Source: a candidate division WOR-3 bacterium
GTDB taxonomy: Bacteria; Hydrothermota; Tepidihabitantia; SM23-42; JAOAFX01
DNA length: 64,000 nt
Assembly (NCBI GenBank): GCA_039802005.1
Contig: JBDRVV010000013.1
Span: 1,385-65,384 of the forward strand
Reading direction: 5' to 3'
A program made the position numbers and the translations under genes. Every line of letters begins with the position of its first letter. The first letter of the stretch is position 1. Positions 17,468 to 28,351 of the stretch are shown piece by piece. Below the pieces are notes generated by a model, which had not been told where the DNA came from, ran no database searches, and saw only the letters and a list, made by a program, of their open reading frames with translations.

Positions 17468-17532
17468 TCCGCATTCCGGTAATTACCAGAATACCAGAAT
17501 TGGCAATTAAAATTAGGAATTAAATAATTAAT

Positions 17533-18261
17533 ATGAATGATTTGAATCATAATATGGAAAAATGGCAGCCAAATGAGGGGAAAAAACTCATAATTAATGT
17601 TGATGGGATTGATTATGCGCGATTGCCGGTAAAGACTCATATTATAACTGCTCAGGATGATATTTTTAAGATTGTTGAACAATATGTTCTTGGGCATTTA
17701 AAGGAAGGTGATGTGGTATTTTTAAGTGAACGAATAGTTGCAATCACACAGGGCAGGGCATTTCCAATTAAAGATATTAAACCATCGTGGCTTGCAAGGT
17801 TTCTTGTAAAATTTGTTCATAAATCACCTTATGGGATTGGTCTGGGTAGCCCCTGGACTATGGAACTGGCAATAAGGGAAGCAGGGATATTACGGATTCT
17901 TCTGGCGGCATTTGTTTCAGCTATTACCAAGCCTTTGGGTATAAAAGGTCTGTTTTATATTGTTGCGGGCAAATCAGTGGCTGCGATTGATGGACCCTGC
18001 CATTATACATTGCCACCATATAATGAATATGCAAAATTGGGACCGAAAAATCCGAATAAAGTTGCAGGACAATTAAAAGGAAGATTTAGATACGATTTTG
18101 TGATAATTGATGCCAATGATTTGGGTGTATCGGTGCTTGGTAAATCAGAGCCTAAAATAAGCGATGATTTCTGTAAAAAAGTATTTCGCGACAATCCTTT
18201 AGGACAATCAAGCCAGCAAACGCCGATTGCAATTGTACGAAGAGTTAAAAAATCTGATTAA
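17533..18261 (+). CDS. CofE-like (F420-0:gamma-glutamyl ligase family) protein
   Basis: GDVVFLSERIVAITQGRA and IIDANDLG segments resemble the CofE family. Assigned from memory. Confidence 0.4.
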   Translation: MNDLNHNMEKWQPNEGKKLIINVDGIDYARLPVKTHIITAQDDIFKIVEQYVLGHLKEGDVVFLSERIVAITQGRAFPIKDIKPSWLARFLVKFVHKSPYGIGLGSPWTMELAIREAGILRILLAAFVSAITKPLGIKGLFYIVAGKSVAAIDGPCHYTLPPYNEYAKLGPKNPNKVAGQLKGRFRYDFVIIDANDLGVSVLGKSEPKISDDFCKKVFRDNPLGQSSQQTPIAIVRRVKKSD

Positions 18262-20363
18262 TATCCCTGTAATGCAGAGCGGTCAAGTTTTTCAAATTCA
18301 TCTTCCCCATGTAATTTGGTTTCAAGTGTATGGACATCACAAGATTCTTTTGGCTCGGTACCTTTAATAAAAGGTTCTTCACGGGGTGTGGGACAGTATT
18401 CATTTGCAAGTAATCCAGATTTTGGACATATTTTACACCAAACAATTCCTTCAGGAACAGGAAAATCATCTGTTATAAGGGTGTCAATCCTTGATATTAT
18501 CTCACCCCAGATCGGTGCTGAAACCACGCCACCGGTTGCACCCCGGAAAATTGTTTTGTTATCATCAAATCCGACCCAGACCCCTGCAGTATAATGGGGT
18601 GTAAAACCAATAAACCAGGCATCAGAATAATTATCAGTAGTCCCTGTTTTACCTGCAGCAGGACCTTTGTAGTATTTTCTTATTTCATACCCCGTTCCAC
18701 CATCTACAACTGAACGCATCAAATTGACCATAAGATAACATGTTTGTTCAGAAAGTTTTTTCTCAGTGGCGGGTTTATTCATTTCAATGATGGTGCCATC
18801 TTTATTAACAATCTTCCTGATCATTATTAAAGACTTCTCTTCACCAAGATTGGCAATCGTGCTGAATGCTTGTGTTAGTTCAGCAAGGCTTACTTCACAG
18901 GAACCAAGTGCGAGTGACACCACCGGTAAAAGTTTTGATTTTATGCCTAAGCCATAGGCATACTTTACTACGAGATCCGGACCAACGATACGAATCAATC
19001 TTACCGCAACAAGATTTCGTGACAAAGCAAGTGCCTTTCGCATTGTTATGGGACCCAAAAACTTATGGTCATAATTCGCTGGACGATAGATACTGTCAGG
19101 TCCTGCGACTTCAAGGACAATCGGTAAATCAAGGACGAGATCCGCAGGTGTAAAGCCGTTATCAAGTGCTGCAAGGAATACAAAGACCTTGAATGAACTA
19201 CCAGTCTGGCGTTTTGCCTGCGTTGCCCGGTTGAATTTGCTCTGGCTAAAATCTCTGCCGCCAATCATTGCTTTTATTTCCCCTTTTCTATGGTCAGCAA
19301 TTATCAATGCACCCTGTAGATAGGGTGTGTTGTTTAATGTGTCAGGGATACCTGTGGAATCAATCTTGGCCTTTGTTATTTTAAATTTATAATCTTTTTC
19401 AATCGTCTTTAAATGTTTTTCCAGAACTTCTTCTGCAACCTCCTGGATATTTCTATTGATTGTAGTATAGATACTTGCACCACTACGATAAAGAAATTCC
19501 GCACCATACTTTAATTCAAGATGTCTTCTTAGTTCCTCAATGAAATATTCACCTACTGAATGTCCCTTTTTACGTTCCGCTACATTTAATGGTTCGTTTA
19601 TTGCCTTGTTGTATTCTTCCTCAGTTATAATATGGTCCTTAAACATCTGTTTTAATACAAGGTCTCTTCTTGCCTTTGCCCTTTCGGGATAACGATAAGG
19701 AGATAAGTATTCCGGTGACTTAGGAAGGGCAACAAGCAGTGCCGATTCACTCAAAGTTAAATCCGAGATATTTTTATTGAAATAATAACGCGCGGCAGTT
19801 GCCACACCGTATCGCCCCTGACCAAAATTTACCTGATTTAAATATCGTTCAAGAATTTCATCCTTGGTATATGCCCTTTCAATCCTTAGTGCTAAGGCAA
19901 TTTCTTTTAATTTACGGAGAATAGTTTTTTCCTGGGTAAGAAACATATTTCGTGCAAGTTGCATCGTTATTGTACTAAATCCCTGGGCAGCCCGAAGATG
20001 GAGTATATTCTGAATAACCGCTCGGAATATTGCCTTAACATCAACACCCCAGTGTTTATAAAATGTTTTATCTTCAATACATATAAAACCTTTTTTAAGA
20101 TAATCAGGTACATCGCTTAAATTTGCTAACTCTCTTCTTTCAATAAAAAATTCAGTAAAAAGGCTGTCCTGGTCGTCATATACTTTTGTTGATACTGGTG
20201 GTGCATAAAAAGATATTGCTTCGGCAGGTGGAAGGTCATGGATAATCTGAATGTATAGTCCAAGGGCGAAACCAGCAATTACGGATAAAATTATAATTAT
20301 CGCCCAGCGCAGACGGTGAGTTTTTTTCTTTTTATCTGAGGGCATCTTCGGTTTTGGCATCAA
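18258..20363 (-). CDS. mrcA: Class A penicillin-binding protein (GT51 transglycosylase + transpeptidase)
   Basis: N-terminal TM. GT51 motifs (EDKTFYKHWGVD, QGFSTITMQLARN). Transpeptidase motifs (SSFK, KTG). Confidence 0.85.
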   Translation of the reverse strand: MMPKPKMPSDKKKKTHRLRWAIIIILSVIAGFALGLYIQIIHDLPPAEAISFYAPPVSTKVYDDQDSLFTEFFIERRELANLSDVPDYLKKGFICIEDKTFYKHWGVDVKAIFRAVIQNILHLRAAQGFSTITMQLARNMFLTQEKTILRKLKEIALALRIERAYTKDEILERYLNQVNFGQGRYGVATAARYYFNKNISDLTLSESALLVALPKSPEYLSPYRYPERAKARRDLVLKQMFKDHIITEEEYNKAINEPLNVAERKKGHSVGEYFIEELRRHLELKYGAEFLYRSGASIYTTINRNIQEVAEEVLEKHLKTIEKDYKFKITKAKIDSTGIPDTLNNTPYLQGALIIADHRKGEIKAMIGGRDFSQSKFNRATQAKRQTGSSFKVFVFLAALDNGFTPADLVLDLPIVLEVAGPDSIYRPANYDHKFLGPITMRKALALSRNLVAVRLIRIVGPDLVVKYAYGLGIKSKLLPVVSLALGSCEVSLAELTQAFSTIANLGEEKSLIMIRKIVNKDGTIIEMNKPATEKKLSEQTCYLMVNLMRSVVDGGTGYEIRKYYKGPAAGKTGTTDNYSDAWFIGFTPHYTAGVWVGFDDNKTIFRGATGGVVSAPIWGEIISRIDTLITDDFPVPEGIVWCKICPKSGLLANEYCPTPREEPFIKGTEPKESCDVHTLETKLHGEDEFEKLDRSALQGY

Positions 20364-21402
20364 ACAAGTATAATTTTTCCGGAGAAACTTTCAAGATTAA
20401 CGATTCGTCAATTCTTGGTTTATATGTTTCGGGCACCTTTGCATGGACAGTAGTATTGTTAATTTTGCCATAGATATATGTATCTTCACCTATCGGTTCA
20501 ATGATTTCCACCATGATTTTGAATTCAATACCGGATGCATCTGTAAAATCGCTTGGTCTAATACCCATTACGACATCACGATTTGCAAATTTTTCAAATT
20601 CAGAACTGAGTTTAATTGTAATATCCGAGTTTATAAATTTTATTTCATTTAAATCTTTTTTAATAACACCACTGATGAAATTCATTGGCGGAGAGCCAAT
20701 AAATCCCGCAACAAATTTATTCGCGGGTTTTTTATAAAGGGTGATCGGGTCACTTATCTGTTGAATTTTGCCATTATTCATTACAACCACTTTTTCGCCA
20801 AGCGTCATTGCTTCAATCTGGTCATGGGTGACATAGACAATTGTGGCATTTAAAGTTTTATGTAGTCGTGATAATTCTCCACGCATTTGCACCCTTAATT
20901 TAGCATCAAGATTAGAAAGGGGCTCATCAAAGAGGAACAACTTTGGATTCCTGACAATTGCCCTTCCGAGTGCAACACGCTGACGCTGACCACCAGATAA
21001 TTGTCTCGGTTTTCTATTTAAAAATTCTTTTAATCCAAGAGTATCGGCTGCCTTTAAAACCCTTTGTTCAATCTCTGATTTAGGTATTTTCCTGACACGC
21101 AATCCAAAAGCCATATTTTCAAAGACTGTCATATGGGGGTAGAGTGCATAGTTTTGAAATACCATTGCGATATCCCTTTTATCCGGGCTAATACCATTTA
21201 CGCAAATATTATCAATGAATATCTTACCTTCTGATACTTCTTCCAATCCCGCAATCAATCTCAATATAGTTGTTTTGCCACAGCCTGAGGGTCCCAGTAA
21301 TACAACAAATTCCTTATCATTGACCTTGAAATTTATATCCCGAACAGCAATTATGTTTTTATCATATATTTTAGAAACATTTTCCAATCTTAATTCAGCC
21401 AT
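20332..21402 (-). CDS. ABC transporter ATP-binding protein, MalK/UgpC-like with C-terminal TOBE domain
   Basis: Walker A GPSGCGKTT, LSGGQRQR signature, Walker B LFLFDEPLSNLD. Confidence 0.85.
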   Translation of the reverse strand: MAELRLENVSKIYDKNIIAVRDINFKVNDKEFVVLLGPSGCGKTTILRLIAGLEEVSEGKIFIDNICVNGISPDKRDIAMVFQNYALYPHMTVFENMAFGLRVRKIPKSEIEQRVLKAADTLGLKEFLNRKPRQLSGGQRQRVALGRAIVRNPKLFLFDEPLSNLDAKLRVQMRGELSRLHKTLNATIVYVTHDQIEAMTLGEKVVVMNNGKIQQISDPITLYKKPANKFVAGFIGSPPMNFISGVIKKDLNEIKFINSDITIKLSSEFEKFANRDVVMGIRPSDFTDASGIEFKIMVEIIEPIGEDTYIYGKINNTTVHAKVPETYKPRIDESLILKVSPEKLYLFDAKTEDALR

Positions 21403-21437
21403 TTATGTTAAATGTGATTGTCAAACTGAAATTTTTC

Positions 21438-22268
21438 TCACTGAACTTTACAAATTATCTTCAGCAACCTTATCAGCGTATTGCGTAAATCGGTTCTGGA
21501 TACAAGGAGGTCAATCATTCCGTGTTCCAGCATAAATTCAGAACGCTGGAATCCCGGAGGCAGTTTTTCCCCAATTGTTTGTTCAATAACCCTGGGACCT
21601 GTGAATCCTATGAGTGCACCAGGCTCGGCAATAATTATATCGCCCAGTGATGCATAGGATGCCATAACCCCAGCCATTGTTGGATGGGTAAGGATTGAGA
21701 TATAAGGCATTCCTTCTTTTGCCAGAAGTGCAAGTTCGGCAGATGTCTTGGATAATTGCATCAAGGAAAATATTCCTTCCTGCATTCGTGCCCCACCGGA
21801 TGTGGAGAGAATTATTAAAGGTTTTTTCTCGGTCCGTGCGAGTCTTATTGCCCTCGCTACCTTTTCACCTACCACCGAACCCATACTGCCACCCATAAAG
21901 GCAAAGTCCATTGTTGCAAAAATAACCGGTATTCCACCAATCTTAGCCCTTCCATATACTAATCCATCTTTTAATTTTGTAGATTGTTGAGCCGATTTCA
22001 ATTTTTTCTTGTAATCAGGAAAATCAAGAGGATCGAGCGGTTCCATATCCGCATCAAGTTCTTCTATCATTCCTTCATCAAGCAAAAGGGCAATATAATC
22101 ACGCGAGCCTATCCGGAAATGGAAATTACATTTTGGGCATATCCATATGCGCTTTTCAAGTTCAGTTTTATAAAGAATTTCACCGCAACTTTCGCATTTT
22201 ACCCAGAGTCCTTCTGGCAATTCCAATTTTTCTTCGGGTTTTGCCTGGATTTTCTTTTTAAACCACAT
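21438..22268 (-). CDS. accD: Acetyl-CoA carboxylase carboxyltransferase beta subunit
   Basis: N-terminal Zn ribbon (CESCGE...CPKCNFH) plus a CT-beta domain. Confidence 0.85.
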   Translation of the reverse strand: MWFKKKIQAKPEEKLELPEGLWVKCESCGEILYKTELEKRIWICPKCNFHFRIGSRDYIALLLDEGMIEELDADMEPLDPLDFPDYKKKLKSAQQSTKLKDGLVYGRAKIGGIPVIFATMDFAFMGGSMGSVVGEKVARAIRLARTEKKPLIILSTSGGARMQEGIFSLMQLSKTSAELALLAKEGMPYISILTHPTMAGVMASYASLGDIIIAEPGALIGFTGPRVIEQTIGEKLPPGFQRSEFMLEHGMIDLLVSRTDLRNTLIRLLKIICKVQ

Positions 22269-22283
22269 TAAGTTCCCCTTTTA

Positions 22284-23273
22284 TCATAATAATTCAGCAA
22301 TCTGGACTACATTGAGTGCAGCCCCTTTCCTGATATTATCTGCAACTATCCACATTGTTAATCCGTTCTCAAAGGCAAAATCTTTGCGAATCCGGCCAAC
22401 AAAGACTTCATCTTTACCTGCAACTTGAATAGGTACTGGATAATCCTGGTCGTTTTCGCATAATATAACACCCGGTGCATTCCTTAAAATTTCTTTTGCC
22501 TCTGCTACTGAAATGGGATTTTCAAATTCTACACTCACTGCCTCACTATGTCCATAGAAAACTGGAATTCTGACACAGGTTGGACTTACAAGTATAGAAT
22601 CATCATCAAAGATTTTTCTTGTTTCGTTAAGCATTTTCATCTCTTCGCTTGTATAACCAAGTTCATTGAACCTACCAATTTGTGGTATTATATTCGCCCC
22701 AATTTGATGTGGAAATACACTGTCTTCGAACCCTGGTACAGCCTGGTCCGCGGCGATATATTCAAGTTCTAATTTTAATTGTTCAACTGCAGACTTACCA
22801 TATCCAGATACTGATTGATAGGTGGCGACAAATATGCGTTTAATTTTTGCCTTTTTATGCAGTGGGTATAAAGGTACGAGCATTTGAATTGTAGAGCAGT
22901 TTGGATTGGCAATGATTCCTTTATGCTCTTTGATTTTTTGGGGATTTATTTCAGGGATTACAAGCGGAACATCGGGGTCCATTCTAAATGCCGGAGAATT
23001 ATCAATGACTATGCTTTTATCTTTGAATTTAGGAATGATTTCTTTAGAAAGGGGTTCATCTAAACAACCGAACACGATATCAACCTTTCCGATAAAGTCT
23101 TCGTATGTAGAGAAAACCTCATACTCACGGTCGCGAAAATGTATGGTCGTTCCTTCGCTTCTCTCCGATGCAAAAAGAAACAACTCTCCTATCGGAAAGT
23201 TGCGCTGTTCTAATATCTTTAAAACTTCCTGCCCAACAAGGCCAGTCGCACCAAGAATCAAAACTTTTTTCAT
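22284..23273 (-). CDS. asd: Aspartate-semialdehyde dehydrogenase
   Basis: GATGLVGQ Rossmann motif and the catalytic NPNCSTI motif. Confidence 0.85.
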   Translation of the reverse strand: MKKVLILGATGLVGQEVLKILEQRNFPIGELFLFASERSEGTTIHFRDREYEVFSTYEDFIGKVDIVFGCLDEPLSKEIIPKFKDKSIVIDNSPAFRMDPDVPLVIPEINPQKIKEHKGIIANPNCSTIQMLVPLYPLHKKAKIKRIFVATYQSVSGYGKSAVEQLKLELEYIAADQAVPGFEDSVFPHQIGANIIPQIGRFNELGYTSEEMKMLNETRKIFDDDSILVSPTCVRIPVFYGHSEAVSVEFENPISVAEAKEILRNAPGVILCENDQDYPVPIQVAGKDEVFVGRIRKDFAFENGLTMWIVADNIRKGAALNVVQIAELL

Positions 23274-23473
23274 AAACAATATTATATCCATAAAAATTGT
23301 CCAGTCAAGTGCCGCACATTTAATTCTTCACAAATTACGGGGTCTCTTGCCCAACGATAATGCAACAAGCATTATTTTTAAAATTTTTACGAATAAAAGC
23401 TGAGAACCGAATTTAGATAGATTGAAAACCTCTGTCTTGACATAAAGAAATATATGGTTATAATTATAATGTT

Positions 23474-24391
23474 ATGAGCCAGAGATTTACTATAATCATC
23501 CTGGGTCGCAATAATTTTTTAGGGAGCATCTCTGTCTCAGGGCGTCTTCTCATTTCAATTTTTATTTTTTTTGGTATAATTACGCTCAGTTCTATTATCC
23601 TTTTTATCCATAATACCAGAGTATCTATTTCTGAAATTAAACAGAATATTGCTGAAGAACAGCACAGAGACCTTTCAAAAAGAATTGAGGAACTGAAAAA
23701 TCGCATTACCGCATTAAGAAGGGCTTTGAGTGACCAGATTACAATTGATAATAAACAGCGTAATTTTCTTCAACTTGCCTCAATACACCCTGATATCTGG
23801 TCAATGGGTATTGGTGGCAGTAATCTTCCCAAAAGGTCAACAAATCTTTCTATCTACAATGCAAAACTCATTGAAAGTTTATATGAATCTATTGATGTTT
23901 TAAAAGGTCAAGCCAAATTGAGAGAAAAGAGTATTTGCGAACTTGAAAATAAAATATCTCAGAATTTTGATCTCTGGCGTCATATTCCTTCAATAAATCC
24001 TGTTCCTGGGGCAGAGATCAGTTCGGGTTTTGGTTATCGGGTTGATCCATTTGAGAAAGATGTGCGTATGCATGAGGGTGTGGATTTTAGTGCATCGCGG
24101 GGAACCCCGGTATATGCCACGGGTGATGGGATTGTGGTTTTTGCTGACTGGAATATGGGTTATGGTTATGTCGTTGATATTGATCATGGCTATGGATTTG
24201 TAACGAGGTATGCCCATCTCTCAAAAATTTTGGTTAAAGAAGGTGAAACAGTAAAGAGGGGGCAGATTATTGCAAGAGTTGGAGGAACAGGGAGGGCAAT
24301 CTGCCCTCATTTACATTATGAGGTCATTGTTGCCGGGATAAAAGTAAATCCGATAAATTATATAGATTTCAGAGATATAATTATTGATTGA
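23474..24391 (+). CDS. M23 family metallopeptidase (EnvC/NlpD-like), coiled-coil N-terminus
   Basis: HxxxD and HxH motifs (HEGVDF ... PHLHYEV). N-terminal TM plus coiled-coil. Confidence 0.8.
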   Translation: MSQRFTIIILGRNNFLGSISVSGRLLISIFIFFGIITLSSIILFIHNTRVSISEIKQNIAEEQHRDLSKRIEELKNRITALRRALSDQITIDNKQRNFLQLASIHPDIWSMGIGGSNLPKRSTNLSIYNAKLIESLYESIDVLKGQAKLREKSICELENKISQNFDLWRHIPSINPVPGAEISSGFGYRVDPFEKDVRMHEGVDFSASRGTPVYATGDGIVVFADWNMGYGYVVDIDHGYGFVTRYAHLSKILVKEGETVKRGQIIARVGGTGRAICPHLHYEVIVAGIKVNPINYIDFRDIIID

Positions 24392-24430
24392 AATAATTAT
24401 TTTAATTTTTAAATTCAATAAGAACTCCTA

Positions 24431-25669
24431 ATGAATAACATTGTTGGAATGATTCTCGCTGGTGGCAGGGTTGATGAACTGCTCACCCTCACTGAAAAGA
24501 GACCAAAGGCAGCGGTTCCGGTATTTGGAATTTATCGGTTTATTGATTTTGTTTTAAGCAATATGATGCATTCAAAGATTGATAATGTAGGCGTTTTGTC
24601 GCAATTCAGACCATACAGCCTTATGCGTCATATTGGCAATGGTGAACACTGGGATTATATAGGTAGGAAGCGAGGAATTAGGATGCTGCCACCGTATAAG
24701 GGACTTAAAGAATCAGATTGGTACCGGGGAACTGCAGATGCAGTATATCAAAATATCTCTTTTATTGAAGAATTCAACCCTGAACATGTGCTAATCGCCG
24801 CTGCGGACCATATCTATTCTATGGACTATAAAAAGGTCTTTGCCTTTCATAAAAAGAAGAGGGCAGATGTTACCGTTTGTTTTACAAAGATAAAAAATAG
24901 ATATCCCTGGTTCGGTTATGGTATTATGGAGAAGGATGGTAGACTCATTGAATATAAAGAGAAACCAAAGGAGCCAATGTCTGATTGGGTATCAATGACA
25001 GTCTATATTTTCCGAAAGGATATACTCTTTGATTTATTGAAAGAAAATTCCCATGCTGATTCTCATGAGTTTGGTAAAGATATAATTGCCTATTTACCCG
25101 GGCGCTGTGCAATTTATGGATATAAGTTCTATGATTACTGGTTTTATGCACGAACGATTGATATGTATTATAAAACAAATATGACATTACTTGAAGGCAA
25201 AATTAAATTACATAAATGGCAGGTATGTACTAATCTTATAGAAGGTTGTGCACTGAAAGATCGTCTGCCCGCGCGCATAGAGGGCAGGGTACTGAATTCT
25301 TATATTAGTGATGGCTGTGTGGTAAAGGGAACGGTTATAAACTCAATAATTTCACCGGGAGTAGTAGTTGAAGAGAATGCCGAAGTTATTGATTCTATTA
25401 TATTCCATAATAGTATTATAAAAAGTAATGCCCGATTAAAAAAAGTTATATGTGATAAATTTTGCGAAATTGGAAAAGATGTAGAGATTGGACTTTTTGG
25501 CGCAAATATTCCATCAAAAGAATACAGGGAATTGCTCAACACAGGTATTACGATAATAGGAAAGGGAGTTAAGATTGCCCCTGCGGTAAGAATTGGTGCA
25601 AATACTGTTATATATGCGGATAAAGATATAAAAGAAACACTAATTGAACCGGGAAGTACACTGCGATGA
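24431..25669 (+). CDS. glgC: Glucose-1-phosphate adenylyltransferase
   Basis: ILAGGRVDEL...YRGTADAV motifs. C-terminal left-handed beta-helix. Confidence 0.85.
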   Translation: MNNIVGMILAGGRVDELLTLTEKRPKAAVPVFGIYRFIDFVLSNMMHSKIDNVGVLSQFRPYSLMRHIGNGEHWDYIGRKRGIRMLPPYKGLKESDWYRGTADAVYQNISFIEEFNPEHVLIAAADHIYSMDYKKVFAFHKKKRADVTVCFTKIKNRYPWFGYGIMEKDGRLIEYKEKPKEPMSDWVSMTVYIFRKDILFDLLKENSHADSHEFGKDIIAYLPGRCAIYGYKFYDYWFYARTIDMYYKTNMTLLEGKIKLHKWQVCTNLIEGCALKDRLPARIEGRVLNSYISDGCVVKGTVINSIISPGVVVEENAEVIDSIIFHNSIIKSNARLKKVICDKFCEIGKDVEIGLFGANIPSKEYRELLNTGITIIGKGVKIAPAVRIGANTVIYADKDIKETLIEPGSTLR

Positions 25670-26928
25670 AAAAAGAACTTATTGCTTTAATCCTTGCCGG
25701 CGGCGTTGGTTCGCGTTTGAGCATACTTGCACGATTGCGTGCCAAACCTGCAATCCCCTTCGGTGGCATTTATAGAATAATTGATTTTACAATGAGCAGT
25801 GTCGCCAACTCTAACATTGATGTTGTTGGTGTTCTTACTCAGTATAAACCATTATCATTAATGGAGCATATTGACAACGGTAGGCCATGGGATCTATTTG
25901 GAAAGACGAGGTTGGTTGAGATTTTACCACCGAAGACCGGAGAGGAAGTATCCGATTGGTACAAGGGAACATCAGATGCAGTCTATCAAAATCTTGGCTT
26001 TATTGAAGATTTTTCTCCAGAGATGGTAATAATTCTCTCAGGTGACCATATATACTATATGGATTATAACGACATGAGAGACTACCATATGAGAAAAAAA
26101 GCAGATGTTACGATCAGTTTTATTCGCGTTCCTTTTGAGCAGGCACATCATTTTGGTATAGCGAGATTAGATAAAAATGGCAGGATAATTGAGTGGATGG
26201 AAAAACCTAAAAAACCAAAATCTAACCTTGCTTCAATGGGTATTTATATATTCAATACAAAAATATTAAAAAATGCCTTAATAGAATCTGCAGGGAAAGG
26301 GGGGGGTGATTTTGCAAAAGATGTTATCCCTTTGATATTAAAAAATAAACTAAGGGTCTTTGGTTACGAATTCAATGGTTATTGGCGTGATGTGGGAACC
26401 ATTGATGCATACTGGAATTGTAATATGGATTTATTAAGAAAAGGTTCGGGATTGGATATAGAATACTGGAATATAAGAACCAATCTTTTTGTGCGAGGTG
26501 AAATTGGTGCCAAACCATCAGCCTATATTGGTAGATGCTCAAGTGTATCCAATTCTCTAATTTCTTCGGGTTGTTTAATTGAAGGTATCGTTGAAAATTC
26601 AATCCTGTCGCCGGGGGTAGTTATTGAAGAGGGTGCGAGGGTGATTGATTCGGTTATTTTTCATAATACAATTGTGAAAAAGAATGCGGTGGTAATAAAG
26701 GCAATAATTGATAAGAATGTAAAGATTGGTAGAAAAGCATTCATCGGTTACGGAGAATCTTTGCCTAACACAGCCCTGGGTATGAATTTATCGACCGGGA
26801 TCTCTGTTATCGGCAAGAATGCGGTTATTCCTGAAGGAATAATTATTGGAAAAAATTGTATCATCTCATCTGGAATTGATTTAAGCAAATCCAAAATAAA
26901 AAAAATTAAATCCGGCTCAACATTGTGA
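25666..26928 (+). CDS. glgD: Second glucose-1-phosphate adenylyltransferase paralog (GlgD-like regulatory subunit)
   Basis: ILAGGVGSRL...YKGTSDAV motifs. Its start overlaps the glgC stop (ATGA). Confidence 0.7.
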   Translation: MKKELIALILAGGVGSRLSILARLRAKPAIPFGGIYRIIDFTMSSVANSNIDVVGVLTQYKPLSLMEHIDNGRPWDLFGKTRLVEILPPKTGEEVSDWYKGTSDAVYQNLGFIEDFSPEMVIILSGDHIYYMDYNDMRDYHMRKKADVTISFIRVPFEQAHHFGIARLDKNGRIIEWMEKPKKPKSNLASMGIYIFNTKILKNALIESAGKGGGDFAKDVIPLILKNKLRVFGYEFNGYWRDVGTIDAYWNCNMDLLRKGSGLDIEYWNIRTNLFVRGEIGAKPSAYIGRCSSVSNSLISSGCLIEGIVENSILSPGVVIEEGARVIDSVIFHNTIVKKNAVVIKAIIDKNVKIGRKAFIGYGESLPNTALGMNLSTGISVIGKNAVIPEGIIIGKNCIISSGIDLSKSKIKKIKSGSTL

Positions 26929-27306
26929 TATTCTTGTTTTATCATCAAAATCTAACTTATAATTTTTTACAAAAAGTTCTTCAAAATCATAGACATCTTT
27001 AAAATCTTCAATCTTATCTTCCTCAGTTTTACTTAATATCCCTTCGTTTACCATATTAAATACGATATTGCCGAAATCAATAGTTTTTTTGACACCCCAG
27101 TATTCAAATACCATTTTTGCCATAGGTCCAAATCTTTTTAACCCCAACTCTTTTATACCTTCAAGTAGCTGCCTTCCGGTGACATGTTTTTCAACTTTGA
27201 ATTTCTCACGTGCGTAATACAAAGCTTCAAGCACAAATATATACGCCTCAATCTTATAGCGGGGGTCTTTTTCAATAATTTTATCAAAATGTGAATTTTT
27301 AGCCAT
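26917..27306 (-). CDS. Hypothetical protein
   Basis: ORF only. Confidence 0.35.
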   Translation of the reverse strand: MAKNSHFDKIIEKDPRYKIEAYIFVLEALYYAREKFKVEKHVTGRQLLEGIKELGLKRFGPMAKMVFEYWGVKKTIDFGNIVFNMVNEGILSKTEEDKIEDFKDVYDFEELFVKNYKLDFDDKTRISQC

Positions 27307-27405
27307 TGATAAAAATATATATATATTTATAGCTCAGTCAAGGGCACAAAATCTACTACTATTGACAATCCATTTTATTTTTGTAATATCTTTATCGGGA
27401 ACAAA

Positions 27406-28291
27406 TATGAAATTAGGAATTGCGTTGGGTGGCGGTGGTGCCAAAGGGCTTGCCCATATTGGTGTGCTTGAAATGCTTGAGGAAAATAGAATAAGATTGA
27501 ATTATGTTGCAGGGACATCAATTGGCGCAATGGTGGGCGCAATATATTGCTTACAAGGGAGTGCAAAAAATCTAAGAGAAATTACCAAAAGTATCGTTGA
27601 ATCTGAAGAGTTTAAAAAACTTGAAATTGATAAATTTTATTCACGGGGTGCCAATAAATTTGAAACCTTTAAGAAAAAATTATTTGAGAAATATTATTAC
27701 GGTACACTGTTCTTCAAAAAATCAATTCTTAAAATAGAGGCAACCGAAAAATTATTGAAGCGAATTTTTGCGGACAAGACATTTAGTGATTTGAAAATTC
27801 CTTTTGTTTGCAATAGTCTTGATATCAATTCAGGAAACGAAGTCATATTTACTACAGGTCCGCTTTACAGGGCGGTATGGGCAAGTTGTGCCATTCCCGG
27901 TGTTTTTCCTGCATTATACAACGATGATAAGATTCTAATTGATGGAGGAACGATAAATAATATTCCAATAGAACCGTTGAAAGAGATTGGTGCGAAGATT
28001 ATTATTGCGGTGTATCTTGGTGATATTCCCAGGTTTGAAAAAGAACCCGACACCGGTTTTCTGATCACCCAGCGTGCCCTTTCTTTTATGAAATATCATC
28101 TTGATAAAAGAATTTTAAAACTTGCAGATTGTGTTATAAAACCAGAACTAAATGAACATCACTGGGCTGATTTTACTGCTCGTGAAGATTTGATTCAAAA
28201 AGGCAGAGAAGCAGTACTACAGAATATTGATAAGATAAAGGAAATCACAAGATTCTGGTATAGGTTAAGAAAGAGTTTTCTGCAAAAATAA
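27406..28291 (+). CDS. Patatin-like phospholipase (RssA-like)
   Basis: GGGAKG oxyanion motif, GTSIGA nucleophile motif, DGG motif. A TTGACA-17-TAATAT promoter precedes it. Confidence 0.8.
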
Positions 28292-28351
28292 AGTCTTTAA
28301 AAATAAAAAGGGGCTGATTTCCAGCCCCTTTTAAACCAGCGTCTCAACTCA

